A stretch of 64,000 nucleotides of DNA. It comes from an uncultured Nitrososphaeraceae archaeon (GTDB lineage: Archaea > Thermoproteota > Nitrososphaeria > Nitrososphaerales > Nitrososphaeraceae). Made by a program: the position numbers and the translations under genes. Shown in pieces: positions 45,333 to 56,067 of this stretch. The stretch covers positions 11,132 through 75,131 of the forward strand of contig CAWGVG010000018.1 of NCBI GenBank assembly GCA_963825865.1, given 5' to 3'. Within the stretch, counting starts at the first letter, position 1, and each line of letters opens with the position of its first letter. Below the pieces are notes generated by a model that was not told the DNA's origin, did no database searches, and saw only the letters and a program-made list of their open reading frames with translations.

Positions 45333-45526
45333 GCTGATCAGATGGATTGATTTTATTGATTAAATTTTATAGTGTGCCTCTGTGGTATAATTTGTTTACA
45401 GCATGTGACCAGCAACATAGTCACACGTTGAAAGTGTTTTCACACTAGAGACACATATGATTTTATGACAGTGTCACATGCTTATTTCTATCACATTATT
45501 CTGACATTGCATTTAGTTAACTGCAA

Positions 45527-46440
45527 TCATTGTTTATTGAAGTGTTTCCTTAAGCTAATGATTATTTTATGGTATAAACCGGTTATACTTGGTTCGCTTG
45601 TGCCTGCAGCGATTGAAATGGTCTTTCTCGTTACAGGTAGTTCATACGTCTTTGTTACAGTATATACTATAGCAGGCGCTAAATTTGCGATTCTATTGGG
45701 TATGAAGAGTGGATTGCGAGCCGATTATATGTGCAATTTCCTTCCCTATTCGTAGATGACGTTCAGAAAGTTTCAGTTTAAAAGATAACTTTTCGATTTT
45801 TTTGGCAAGAGTACCATAATCTATAAAATGTTCTTGATCATAGAAGATATGCATACTAGGATATTTGAGCACATTTCGTTTTGTGGCTCGAAGTAAAGTT
45901 CTCTTATCGTTTGTTTTACTTTCCTTGATAAGGCGAATTTTTACAAGATAGTTGATTCTTGTGTTCAACATTTTCTCTGAAAGATCGCTGTTTTCTATCA
46001 TGGTAGAAATCAGTTCATCTTTATACATAGATTTGTTTCTGATTTCATTACATATTCTTTCATCAATTGTCTTTATTAGTAATTTTTTATGAAAAGGTTA
46101 TGGTCGCACTGCCTTGTGAGAGCAAATAGTCTATATTGTCTAATATATTGACAAATAGTATTTTTCCAGTATCTTTATCTTGCTTTTCGATTTTCATCCC
46201 ATACTATATTCCAATTAAAATTTTGAGTCTTTAAAAGATCAATCATATCCTGTAGATCATGTTCCCTAACTGTTACACACTTTAGGAGAAAAATATCTTC
46301 ATTTTGCAATATCCCTAATCTTAATTTATTGCTACCATCGAACTCTTCATATCTTGCACGTCCTCTCATGGTATTCGAAAGGTAAAGTTTCCGTAAGAGC
46401 ATATAACAATAGTATTAAGATCTACATATTTCTTTTTTTA
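45527..46440 (-). pseudogene. DUF6036-like nucleotidyltransferase + winged helix + TFB-like cyclin domain, multiply disrupted
   Basis: Pieces EDIFLLKCVTVREHDLQDM..FNWNIVWDE|IEKQD..., IDERI..KDELI..LSEKMLNTRINYLVKIRLI, IEKLSFKLKLS...|NLAPAIVY...VTRKTISIAAGTSEPSITGLY. Confidence 0.55.
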
Positions 46441-46794
46441 GGTACTGCTCGCATGTTTACAATACTATATTTTTGAAAATCAAGCAATTTTGTCCATAGT
46501 GTCCATAGTAACTAGCTATAATCATCCCCGTAATAGATAGTAGTAAATTAATATTGTATATGTATAGATAGTGGTAAAGATAGCATATTATTATTATAAA
46601 ATAGATTGTGGCGAGCCTTGGCTCAATAACAAAATACATGTTAAAAGAGTCAATTAGAAATGGCCGTAGACCGCTCAAGTTTGAGACATTGATGCTGAGA
46701 AATAAGATATCATATGAAATGTCCAGACAACAGAATTATTAAAAAATAAGTGTATACATTAGGCTACCTTTGAGTTTGAGTATAATAGCACCAA

Positions 46795-46806
46795 ATCACT
46801 AGCGAT
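46795..46806. promoter_or_regulatory. Single ATCACTAGCGAT palindrome
   Basis: Identical to unit 2 of the 18130 array; ~130 nt upstream of the phosphoesterase start. Confidence 0.45.
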
Positions 46807-46932
46807 ATGGTTTAACATACCACGGCCGTCAGGGTTGTTTTTCTAGCAACTTGGCAATGTGGAATATCATAGTTGCTCGATTGTTATAGTTGACGACGAC
46901 AGATATACCTATGAAAGCATAAATAAGTTACA

Positions 46933-48519
46933 ATGCAACTGGACCTATTGAAAAATGCATTAACAACTGTAGCTTTAACTTTAATAATAACATCGATTTT
47001 ATCTGGCACGTCACTAGTATCAGTTGCCGCTGTTTCTAGTAATTTTTCAACAACCACACCTATCAAACATCTTGTTATTATATTTCAAGAAAACGTTTCG
47101 TTCGATCACTATTTTGCTACTTATTCTAATGCTACAAATCCATCTGGCGAACCCCCTTTTCATGCATCTCCAAATACGCCATCAGTTAATGGCCTCTTTA
47201 ATAATAATACAAATCAATATTCTGCATTTCATACACCTCCAGTACATGGTCTGTCATCAGAATTGCTGACACATAATCCTAATCTGGATAATCCGTTTAG
47301 GATAGCACGATCTAACGCATCTACATGCAGCAATGCTCACTCATATACGAGATTACAGGAAGCGTACAATGGAGGTTTGATGGATAAATTCGTTCAGACT
47401 AATTCGCCAACAGGCAATGGTTGCAAACGTAATATAACAATGGGTTACTTTGATGGTAACACGGTTACCGCTTTGTGGAATTATGCCCAGCATTTTGCAA
47501 TTAGTGATAACTTTTTCGGCAGCACGTTTGGTCCTTCCACTCCTGGTGCTCTTAACCTTGTGTCAGGTCAGACTCATGGAGCAACACCACCAACTAACAT
47601 TTCTGATAACGTAGCAAATGGATCAGTAATAGGCGATCCAAGACCAACTTATGATGATTGTTCTAAGGGTATAACAGTGTCTATGAATGGAAAGAATATA
47701 GGTAACATTCTGAACACAAAAAATATAACTTGGGGATGGTTCCAGGGCGGATTCAAACCAACCGGTAAGGCTACCGATGGCAAAGATATCTGTAATTCAA
47801 AACACCAAAACATTAATGGAACAATGTCGACAGATTATATCCCCCATCATGAACCGTTTCAATACTACAATTCTACATCAAACCCTCACCATTTACCTCC
47901 GACATTCATATCTATGATCGGAAAAACAGATCAAGCAAACCACCAGTATGATTTAACTGATTTTTGGAATGCCGCTGAATCCGGTAACTTACCTTCAGTT
48001 AGCTTCCTCAAAGCTGCTGCATATCAAGATGGACATGCTGGATACTCTGATCCCCTTGATGAGCAGCATTTTCTAGTTGATACGATCAACCGCTTACAAA
48101 AACTAGCAGAATGGAACAGTCCTGCAGTCATTATAGCTTATGATGATTCAGATGGCTGGTATGACCATGTCATGCCTCCTATAATCAGTCAATCTAACGA
48201 CCCAAAGAATGATGCACTGCTAGGAAAGGACGGCCTGTGTGGCCAGGCTCCTGCGGGTGCTTACCAAGATCGCTGTGGTTATGGGCCCCGCCTTCCTTTC
48301 TTGGTGATATCCCCATACGCAAAAGTAAACTATGTTGACCACCAAATCATAGACCAGACATCTATCATACGCTTTATAGAGGATAATTGGGGCTTAGAGC
48401 GAATTGGAGATCAATCATTTGATGTCAAAGCTGGATCAATTATGAATATGTTTAATCTTACAACTAGTCATTATACAAACAAACTCATTCTCGATCCTTT
48501 AACAGGGATAGAAAAATGA
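46933..48519 (+). CDS. Phosphoesterase family protein (phospholipase C / AcpA-type acid phosphatase), exported
   Basis: PIKHLVIIFQENVSFDHYF, FGPSTPG, YDDSDGWYDHV, GYGPRLP. Confidence 0.9.
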   Translation: MQLDLLKNALTTVALTLIITSILSGTSLVSVAAVSSNFSTTTPIKHLVIIFQENVSFDHYFATYSNATNPSGEPPFHASPNTPSVNGLFNNNTNQYSAFHTPPVHGLSSELLTHNPNLDNPFRIARSNASTCSNAHSYTRLQEAYNGGLMDKFVQTNSPTGNGCKRNITMGYFDGNTVTALWNYAQHFAISDNFFGSTFGPSTPGALNLVSGQTHGATPPTNISDNVANGSVIGDPRPTYDDCSKGITVSMNGKNIGNILNTKNITWGWFQGGFKPTGKATDGKDICNSKHQNINGTMSTDYIPHHEPFQYYNSTSNPHHLPPTFISMIGKTDQANHQYDLTDFWNAAESGNLPSVSFLKAAAYQDGHAGYSDPLDEQHFLVDTINRLQKLAEWNSPAVIIAYDDSDGWYDHVMPPIISQSNDPKNDALLGKDGLCGQAPAGAYQDRCGYGPRLPFLVISPYAKVNYVDHQIIDQTSIIRFIEDNWGLERIGDQSFDVKAGSIMNMFNLTTSHYTNKLILDPLTGIEK

Positions 48520-48565
48520 ACGTAATTATGAGATGAAAAAACGGCTACAAAGAATTAATTCTACC

Positions 48566-49677
48566 TATACTGCCTAACAAAAATGCGTAGAATGGTTTAA
48601 TGATTTTGTTCGCTGTGTTTTTAGCTTGGTAAACCAGTATTTAATTTCTGGTGGCTACATCTACTACTCTTTTGGACTATGCTTACAAACGTGAATCGGA
48701 CGCCAATGTGAGGGAAAGAATTCTGCTAGTTAGACGGATCATCTCTGATGGTCAAGATATGGTACTGGTATCTAAAGAAGAACTTCACAGGTCAAGAGCC
48801 TGGGCTTACAAATGGCTCAAAAGATTTGATAATGAAGGTGTGGAAGGACTGAAAGATAGACCTAGAAGTGGCAGACCTCCTGATGTACCTGAAGAGAAGC
48901 TGTCAAAGATAAGAAGAGAACTATCAGAAAACCCATCAGGTTGGAAGGCTAAGGAAATTATGAACATAATTCACAAGAAAGCAGGTGTAAGATACCATGA
49001 AGTTCATGTCTATAGGCTACTACACAAGTGGGGTTTCAAACCTAAAGTACCACAAAGGAGATTTGTCAATACAGCACCAAAAGAAGAGAAAGAAGCGTTC
49101 AAAAAAAGGCTGAAGAAATAATCTCAACAAACATCCCTGAGGGATTCACGGTAGTGGTCAAAGATGAATCCATATTCGTACATGACACATTGATTAGAAG
49201 AAGGATGTGGACACCAGAAGGAATACGTCCAATGGTAGTAACGACTGGCTCGCATCAGAAAACATGTGTATTTGGTACAATTACCCTTGATGGACGACAA
49301 TTATTATTCAGACAGTACAAGACGTTTGACCAGTACTCCTTCATTTCGTATCTAGGGGAACTCAAAAGAAAGTTTCACAAACTGATCATATTTCTTGACC
49401 GAGCACCACAGCATTATCGTTCCAAGAGAGTTAGAGCATATCTAGAAAGAAATAATGATGTCATGACAGTTGAATACCTTCCAAAGGGATCGCCTGAATT
49501 CAGCGCAGTAGAAGAATGCTGGAAACAGGGAAAAGATGATCTACTGGTATCAAAATACTATCCCAGGTTTACAAATCTAAAAGCAGCTATTGCAGACTAC
49601 TATAGGACAAAACACTTCAACTTGAATATCGTCAAATACCTGATGAGAGAGTCTGCGAATTTATGTTAGTAGGTATA
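48566..49677 (+). mobile_element. IS630-family insertion sequence
   Basis: Imperfect terminal IRs TATACTGCCTAACAAAAATGCGTAG (left) and TATACCTACTAACATAAATTCGCAG (right, reverse complement), with TA at both ends. Confidence 0.85.
48651..49669 (+). CDS. tnp: IS630 transposase, orfA (HTH) + orfB (DDE) joined by -1 frameshift
   Basis: GLKDRPRSGRP in orfA; DES, LDRAPQH, LPKGSPEFSAVEECW in orfB; AAAAAAAG at 49101..49108 links the frames. Confidence 0.9.
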
Positions 49678-50189
49678 ACCATCACCACCGCGATCATGAA
49701 AAATTCATACTGTCTGTGATATACCATAACAGAAAAAGGAAAAGGATAACGGATATCAATGTGCCAACAGATAAAATGAGAGCTAACTAATTATTTGGTC
49801 GAAATTACAAATTGCTCCGTTACAATAACAATTGCTGGGCGGGGTGGACGGGGTATTTTACGTTTTAAGCGCAATTTGAAAGATGAATATATTAGTAATT
49901 TATATTTTTTATAATCCATAATAATCTAGTAATAATAGAAAGTTACTATGGCCACCCCATCCACTCGCCTCATTTAAACTGGGTATGTTAGCGCCATTGC
50001 AGATTGAGTTACAGCTAAAGTTGCTACCAATGTCGCTAGCAACAATACCGATGATTTGAATGTACATTCTTTTTTTATTGCAAAGATTCAGTAGGTAAAG
50101 TCGTTGTAATTAGATTATCAGTAAAATATATAGAGATAGCTTTTAGTCATTTTGTATTGTTATACTTTTAATTCTATATTTTTCTTATC

Positions 50190-50578
50190 TTGTTCCCTTG
50201 TCAAGCAAATGACGCAGATTTTGTTCCTACTTTAACTGTTTCTTCCCTCCGCAAGGATGGAAGCCCTCACGTTGCTCCTGTCTGGTTTGTTTTAGATGAG
50301 AATAGTAACGATGACATTATTTTGACTACATCGCACGAATCTATAAAAGCATTTCAGTGGACGACCAAAAACCACCATACTCTTTCGTAATTGTAAATGG
50401 TATTGCACAGATTAGCGAGGAACCATCAGATCTTCTGAAATGGGCAACAAAAATAGCAGAAAGATACATGGGAAGAGATAATGCTGAATCTTATGGCAAA
50501 AGAAACAGTGTTAAAGGAGAGTTACTGATAAGGGTAAAAGCTACCAAGACTATTGGACAGAAAGATATTGCGTTATAA
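50190..50578 (+). pseudogene. PPOX-class F420-dependent oxidoreductase, degraded
   Basis: RKDGSPHVAPVWF|VDDQKPPYSFV...IAERYMG..AESYGKRN across two frames. Confidence 0.75.
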
Positions 50579-50863
50579 CTATATCGAGATATGGATCTAG
50601 ATGGATAGCAGAGACTGTATTCTCATCACTGAAGATAGGAATGCCAGCAACAAATAAACACGCTTATTATAAAACGGGATAGGCAAGCCTTAGGTTGAGA
50701 ATTCGGAATTCATGATTAATTTGAATTCATCCTTCTCTCTTGTTATAGCCATGTCTAATTTCGCACAAATTCTGTATTAATACGTATATCATATTTTCCT
50801 ATATACGGAAATATTCGTCATGAATGTTTTTCATCATTTTTGTTAGTCACTTTTGTTAGAACG

Positions 50864-51034
50864 TTAGTTGTGGCTTATTTTTCCTTTCAAGCCATACTTG
50901 TGATTAAGAAATTTATTTGCCTTTTCTGATTCTGAAGTAATACTTGCCATTCTCATCTCACCATCTATCCATTTACCCTTTGGCTGTCCACGAAGGTATT
51001 TTGACTTTGCACGTTTTACTTTCCCAGAACTCAT
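50864..51034 (-). pseudogene. Rv2061-type PPOX F420 oxidoreductase fragment
   Basis: SGKVKR...RGQPKGKWIDG...ANKFLNHKYGLKG. Confidence 0.5.
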
Positions 51035-51133
51035 ATCAGTTCTGATATATAGTGTTCTGCATCTCCTCGTTTGCTGTAGCTACTCTGAGTTCTGTTAGTC
51101 ATCTCGACACTTCGTGTCCACTCAATTGATAAT

Positions 51134-52189
51134 TCATCTATTTTGGCCTGTAGTTGAAAGAAATGTTTGTAATATCTTACTGATTTCATCCGGATATTGA
51201 TCCATTACTGCATGACCAGCATCTTTGATCTGTACAAGCCAGGCTCCTGGAATCTTTTCTACAATCTTTAAAGAATTAACATACGGCTGGTATTTATCAT
51301 CATCCGTTCCAGTTATGACCAACGTGGGTTTAGCCAATTTCGCAAGCTCATCACAAGCACCACTCCAGTTTGGATTGTCCTCCCAATGCTTTCCTACATT
51401 ATTCTGATTATTCGCTATTTCAGGGGTCAAACCAGGCTTCAATTGTTGTAATGTGGTAATGTTTGCTGGAATGTCAAGAGATTCAGGATGTAGTTTGATC
51501 CATCCTGATCCTAAAGAGGCAGAACTAAGCGATTTTATTTCCTCTGCAGTGATTGAAATATTGTTTAGAGATTTGTTTACAATATCGGACTGCAATTTTA
51601 TAAACTCAGGTGGTTTAGGTGTATGATCTCTTCCGCCACATGATGAACCAACAAGTACAAGACTGTTAACCTTATCTGGATACATGATTGTAAGCTGTTG
51701 GGCTAAATATGATCCAAGTGAATATCCCATAACATCTGCTTTTGGTATTTTCAGAGCATCAAGCAAACCAGCTGTATCGTTTGCTAGTTGCTGATAAGTA
51801 TATGGTTTGGAACCAGCTGTTGTATTTCCAATTCCACGTTGATCAAACGCTATTACTGTATGATTTGAAGAAAGACCCGCTGGAAAGGACGGGTCCCAGG
51901 CATCCATACCATCAGAAGCGCCATTGAAAAGTAAAATAGGGTAACCTTTACCAATGGTCTTGTATGCAATGTCAATGTCTCCTACACGGACTTTTTTTAC
52001 TGGTATATCTTGTATGTTTACCGAACTCGTAGTATTGGAATTCATTTGGTCTGGATTTGACTGACTATACGCAACCTTAGAAGTGCCAAAATAGCCATCA
52101 ATACTAATTAATGAACTAGCGATAATAAGCATAGGTGTGACAGCAATAAGGACTAGATGATCTTTCCAAATAAATCTGTGAGTTGACAT
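51134..52189 (-). CDS. Alpha/beta hydrolase, exported
   Basis: N-terminal hydrophobic segment; GYSLG nucleophile elbow, GTDD, DAGHA. Confidence 0.9.
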   Translation of the reverse strand: MSTHRFIWKDHLVLIAVTPMLIIASSLISIDGYFGTSKVAYSQSNPDQMNSNTTSSVNIQDIPVKKVRVGDIDIAYKTIGKGYPILLFNGASDGMDAWDPSFPAGLSSNHTVIAFDQRGIGNTTAGSKPYTYQQLANDTAGLLDALKIPKADVMGYSLGSYLAQQLTIMYPDKVNSLVLVGSSCGGRDHTPKPPEFIKLQSDIVNKSLNNISITAEEIKSLSSASLGSGWIKLHPESLDIPANITTLQQLKPGLTPEIANNQNNVGKHWEDNPNWSGACDELAKLAKPTLVITGTDDDKYQPYVNSLKIVEKIPGAWLVQIKDAGHAVMDQYPDEISKILQTFLSTTGQNR

Positions 52190-52519
52190 TATTCGCCGTC
52201 ACTGGCTGTTACATATTTAAAGCGATCTGAGCTGGGAGGCAAAAATGAAGTGAGCGCAGCTGATGTGCCTGTAATGTGATCTATCCCCTGTGCTTACAGA
52301 ACAGAGAAATGAATTATCTATCGCCTTCAACACCAACAACATCAACAACGGAAACAACTTCTATGGACCCAATAAATAATGATAGAGTAGGAGAAGGAGA
52401 AGCCTATTTACCTCCACTTTTAGAGAAGGAAAATATCATTTGGTCCAGACGCAACACAAAAGGCATATTTCATAAAAGAACCACAAAAAGAGAATGGATA
52501 ACTAACTACAGAATCGTGA

Positions 52520-52900
52520 AATGCCCCAGTTCATTCTTTATTACATCCCCTCCTTCCCTTGCACCAATTAATATTATCTGCGCATTTTGATAGTCTGAAT
52601 TTTGTATCTTTAGCTAGAGACACAAAATTCTCAGTTTCATTGAATTCGTTTAACACGTCCTGTGGATATTTTGGCTGTTCTTCAGTGCTTGGATAACCTT
52701 TTAGGGCTATGCATTTTAGGATTAACAACTGAAACAATATAACTTGCTTCAAGTCCGATACCCAACTCCCTCTGAGCTTCCCTTGGTTGTTCTAGTATTT
52801 CTAAAATATATGCAAGTTCTGCATGCTTTGGTGTTTTACTATGGCATACTTGCATTTCCCTACAGGCCTATCTGGATCACCTTTTCTAAACTCATCTGAC
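52520..52900 (-). pseudogene. Heavily frameshifted conserved hypothetical protein
   Basis: Stitched frames RPVGKCKYAIVKH|HAELAYILE|EAQRELGIGLEASYIVSVVNPK|PKYPQDVL|DYQNAQIILIGA. Confidence 0.45.
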
Positions 52901-53029
52901 AAGAGCTCAGATATTTGTGGATTCTACAAATATCTGTTCGCCAAAATCCTTCCTCTTGTTGTAAAGATCTTGGATATAATGAACATACCTGCTAATGGTG
53001 GCAACACTTACCTGTAGTATCCTAGTAAC

Positions 53030-53262
53030 TTCGTCATCCCATGTATAATTTGGTAATGCATTATTGTCATGAAAAAGGTCACTAGGTAAGGTAGTACAAC
53101 TTGTATTTTCCATTCCTCCGTAATCAAAGTCTTCGACTGTAACTTGTGAGTATTTTTATAAGCATAGTTTGTATGTAAATAGCCTTCAAAGAATTTCATT
53201 AAATCTTGTGTTTGTCCAAATGTCAATTTAGGATCGTAGCCTTTTCGAGCTGTGTGTTTGTA
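53030..53262 (-). pseudogene. M1 aminopeptidase (PepN-like) internal fragment
   Basis: TFGQT..LMKFFEGYL..NYAYK|VTVEDFDYGGMENTSCTTL..LFHD (GxMEN motif); ends before HEXXH. Confidence 0.7.
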
Positions 53263-53358
53263 TAGGCAGTAACCTATTATTCAAAGTGCAATAAAAAAGT
53301 CCTTTCAATCAATCGACTTAAATTCTAGCAAATTGAAGATACAGAATGGAAATTAGTA

Positions 53359-53688
53359 ATGGATATAAGGGAACTAAAAATAGAAATGCCATCTTCGGAA
53401 GATCTAATTGATCTACGTAATTTCCTTCTCATAAAAAGTAATACAATCGATCCACAGGAGGTACATCGAATACCACGTGGGTCTGTAAGAGAGCCTATCA
53501 TAATATCTCTAGTAGTACCTCTAGTCGAACCTGTCGTTATCCGTCAGATTGTTTCTGTTATTAAAGAGTGGTTACGGTTAAGGCATAAAGAAAAAAAGAC
53601 TATGAAACTTTTAGCAAAGCTCGGTAATGGAAGAAGCCAACAGATTAGTATAGCCGACCTTGAGAAAGCTATATCTCACAAAGGTTGA
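53359..53688 (+). CDS. Hypothetical protein resembling effector-associated constant component EACC1
   Basis: EDLIDLRNFL..., hydrophobic IIISLVVPL..., VIKEWLRLR, terminal beta hairpin KLGNGRSQQIS. Confidence 0.45.
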   Translation: MDIRELKIEMPSSEDLIDLRNFLLIKSNTIDPQEVHRIPRGSVREPIIISLVVPLVEPVVIRQIVSVIKEWLRLRHKEKKTMKLLAKLGNGRSQQISIADLEKAISHKG

Positions 53689-53741
53689 TGCTGCCTAACC
53701 TTAATTAGGTAAATGCATAAAGTATTAGATGGATAAAAAAG

Positions 53742-54074
53742 ATGAGTGCTAACAACAACAAGCAATTTCTACTCAACCAAATAATGTGGTTGGGAATATC
53801 TTTTGGCATCAGCATAACCATCTCTATGTTAGTGCCATTTCCTATATCACTAGTTACCATAATAGCGGTATTCATTTTGCTTAACCTCTATATGAGAAAG
53901 AGAATGATGAAAAGAATGGGAATGAGAGGAGGAGTAGGAATGTTTGGTTCAATGTCGCCATCTTCAATGTTTGGAGACAGTTCATTAAAATATTACTGTA
54001 TGAGTTGCGGAACACAGCACAAACAAGCTGCATGTCCTAAATGTGGCTCGAAGATGAAAAGAGTTGGGTCTTGA
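53742..54074 (+). CDS. Two-TM membrane protein with C-terminal zinc ribbon
   Basis: Two hydrophobic helices, Met/Gly-rich linker, YYCMSCG..HKQAACPKCGSKM. Confidence 0.75.
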   Translation: MSANNNKQFLLNQIMWLGISFGISITISMLVPFPISLVTIIAVFILLNLYMRKRMMKRMGMRGGVGMFGSMSPSSMFGDSSLKYYCMSCGTQHKQAACPKCGSKMKRVGS

Positions 54075-54160
54075 CATGCCATAGGGAATCGAATACAATG
54101 CAAATCAAGATTAGCGGAGAGAAGCTACCAGAATTGAATCTTAAACTATTTCTATTGTAA

Positions 54161-54675
54161 CTAAGACAAACTGGAATAATAGAAATAAGGGGTCCTTATT
54201 ATACTGCTGTTACTGTAAATTATCTTGAAGATTTATTGGATATGTGGGGAGATTATATTGATGGTTTCAAGTTTGCTGGTGGTTCTCAAAGATTACTAAC
54301 TATAGACATGAAAAAGATAATAGGCATTTGCCACAAGCATGATGTTTACGTATCGACTGGAGGCTTTGTAGAAAGAGTAATAGTACAAGGATCTGAGGCA
54401 GTTGACAGATACTTAGAGGAAATGCAAATCATTGGGTTTTGATATAGTTGAAGTCTCAAGTGGTCTTGCACCAATTCCGCTAAAAGATAAAGTGGAAATT
54501 GTTAAACAAGTAAAGAAAATGGGCATGAAACCTAAACCTGAAATATCAATGATGTACGGAGCTGGAGCAGGTACACATATTGCTGGATATCAGACAAAGT
54601 TAAAGATATTAGAAGATCTCAGATGAAATTGACCTGCATCAAACTGCAGGTGCTGAAATTATGATGCTAGACTAA
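54161..54675 (+). pseudogene. comA: Phosphosulfolactate synthase (ComA) family, frameshifted and truncated
   Basis: EIRGPYY...LEDLLDMWGDYIDGFKFAGGS, VYVSTGG, GFDIVEVSSG, KPKPE. Confidence 0.8.
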
Positions 54676-54883
54676 GTCTTCACTCAACCTTTCTGCTGTA
54701 ACTGAGTCTATGCCTTCTAATTGTGTTATTGGTCTATTTCCTACTGTATCTCTTCTCTTCCATCCTGTTATCGTAATCCTTTTCTAACACTATTCGGTTA
54801 TTAACTACGCCATGGCACGAGAAAGACTGACGTTACCATTTGAAACGACCTACTCCGAAAAGCCAAGCAAGAAATCAAAAAAT

Positions 54884-55186
54884 ATGAAGAGACTTGCAAT
54901 CATCGTGAAGCCAGAAAACCTTGATGGGATTGTCTCAACGCTTAACGGAGTGGGTCTTGAAGCAACAATCTATGATGTAAAAAGGGCAGGAAAAGAAGAT
55001 AAGGAAAGAGTTAGTTCAGGTAGGGGAAGTGGCACATTTGAGCTTGCATATACTGCAAGAAAAATTGTGGCTACTGTGGTGAACTCTGATGATGTCGATG
55101 AGGTTACAGAAAGAATGAAAAAGGGTCTCGATGGAGATAAGGCAGTTGTCATGATTTCACCAGTAGATAATCTTGTAATGCTCTAA
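54884..55186 (+). CDS. Divergent P-II family signal protein
   Basis: MKRLAIIVKPE...SSGRGS...AVVMISPVDNLV; likely ATG at 54884 within ORF 54812..55186. Confidence 0.7.
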   Translation: MKRLAIIVKPENLDGIVSTLNGVGLEATIYDVKRAGKEDKERVSSGRGSGTFELAYTARKIVATVVNSDDVDEVTERMKKGLDGDKAVVMISPVDNLVML

Positions 55187-56067
55187 GATATCGTCGAGCA
55201 TAACATGGAAAGATCGATTTCCCAAGGCGCCAATATTGCTTACTCTAAGATACATTAAATCTCAGGCTTCTTGTCGCTAATGAGTACGGGTTCTACTAGG
55301 ATTAGAAACAAACTTAGGATTGTGACGACAGAAATATGCTAATACGTACAGGCGAATTTGTATAATCTAAGTAAGCCTAGCGCCTGGTCTTAAATCCAAA
55401 TTTTCAAAGAAACTGACAGAGCACTTGTCCCAAACCTTCGCCCAGGATCGAAGATTCGTTAAAACAATCCAGATAGGCGTGAAGTTGTGACTGCAGAAAT
55501 ATGTTAATACTAACGCACATACACATAAACGAATTGTTAAAAGCTAAGTATTATATCGTATTCTCGCTGGTAGCAGATCCTTTAGGCTTTGGCCGCATAG
55601 TAGTAGATAAATTCTTAGAACAATTTCTATACCTGATCCCAGTGATCAATATCAAGCAACAAACTGTTACCTTTTCTATGCGGATTAGTTGGTTACGGCT
55701 ATACGGCAATCTTATTTTGAAAGCAGTTGCAAAAGAGAAAAGCAAGAAGCAAAGAACATAGAGGAAGTTTCTACTAACTCTGATTTACTGGCATTCTGTG
55801 CGTCTTTGAGTTTCAATTGTGTCATACATAGAGTTCACCTCCTTGCCCAAGACTTTTAAAATATCATATGTCGTGTTTGTTAATTCACTTGTTGGTGACA
55901 ACGACGACATATTTACTAAAAATAGATCAAGTATATTATTAAAACCAATACATCATATTCTTGCTTGCAAGGATGTATAATAGCAAAATGTAAAGCAGTT
56001 TTTCCTTTTCGTTGAATATATATGACATTTATTATATTCTGTAATATAATAGCTGGTTATTTTCGGA

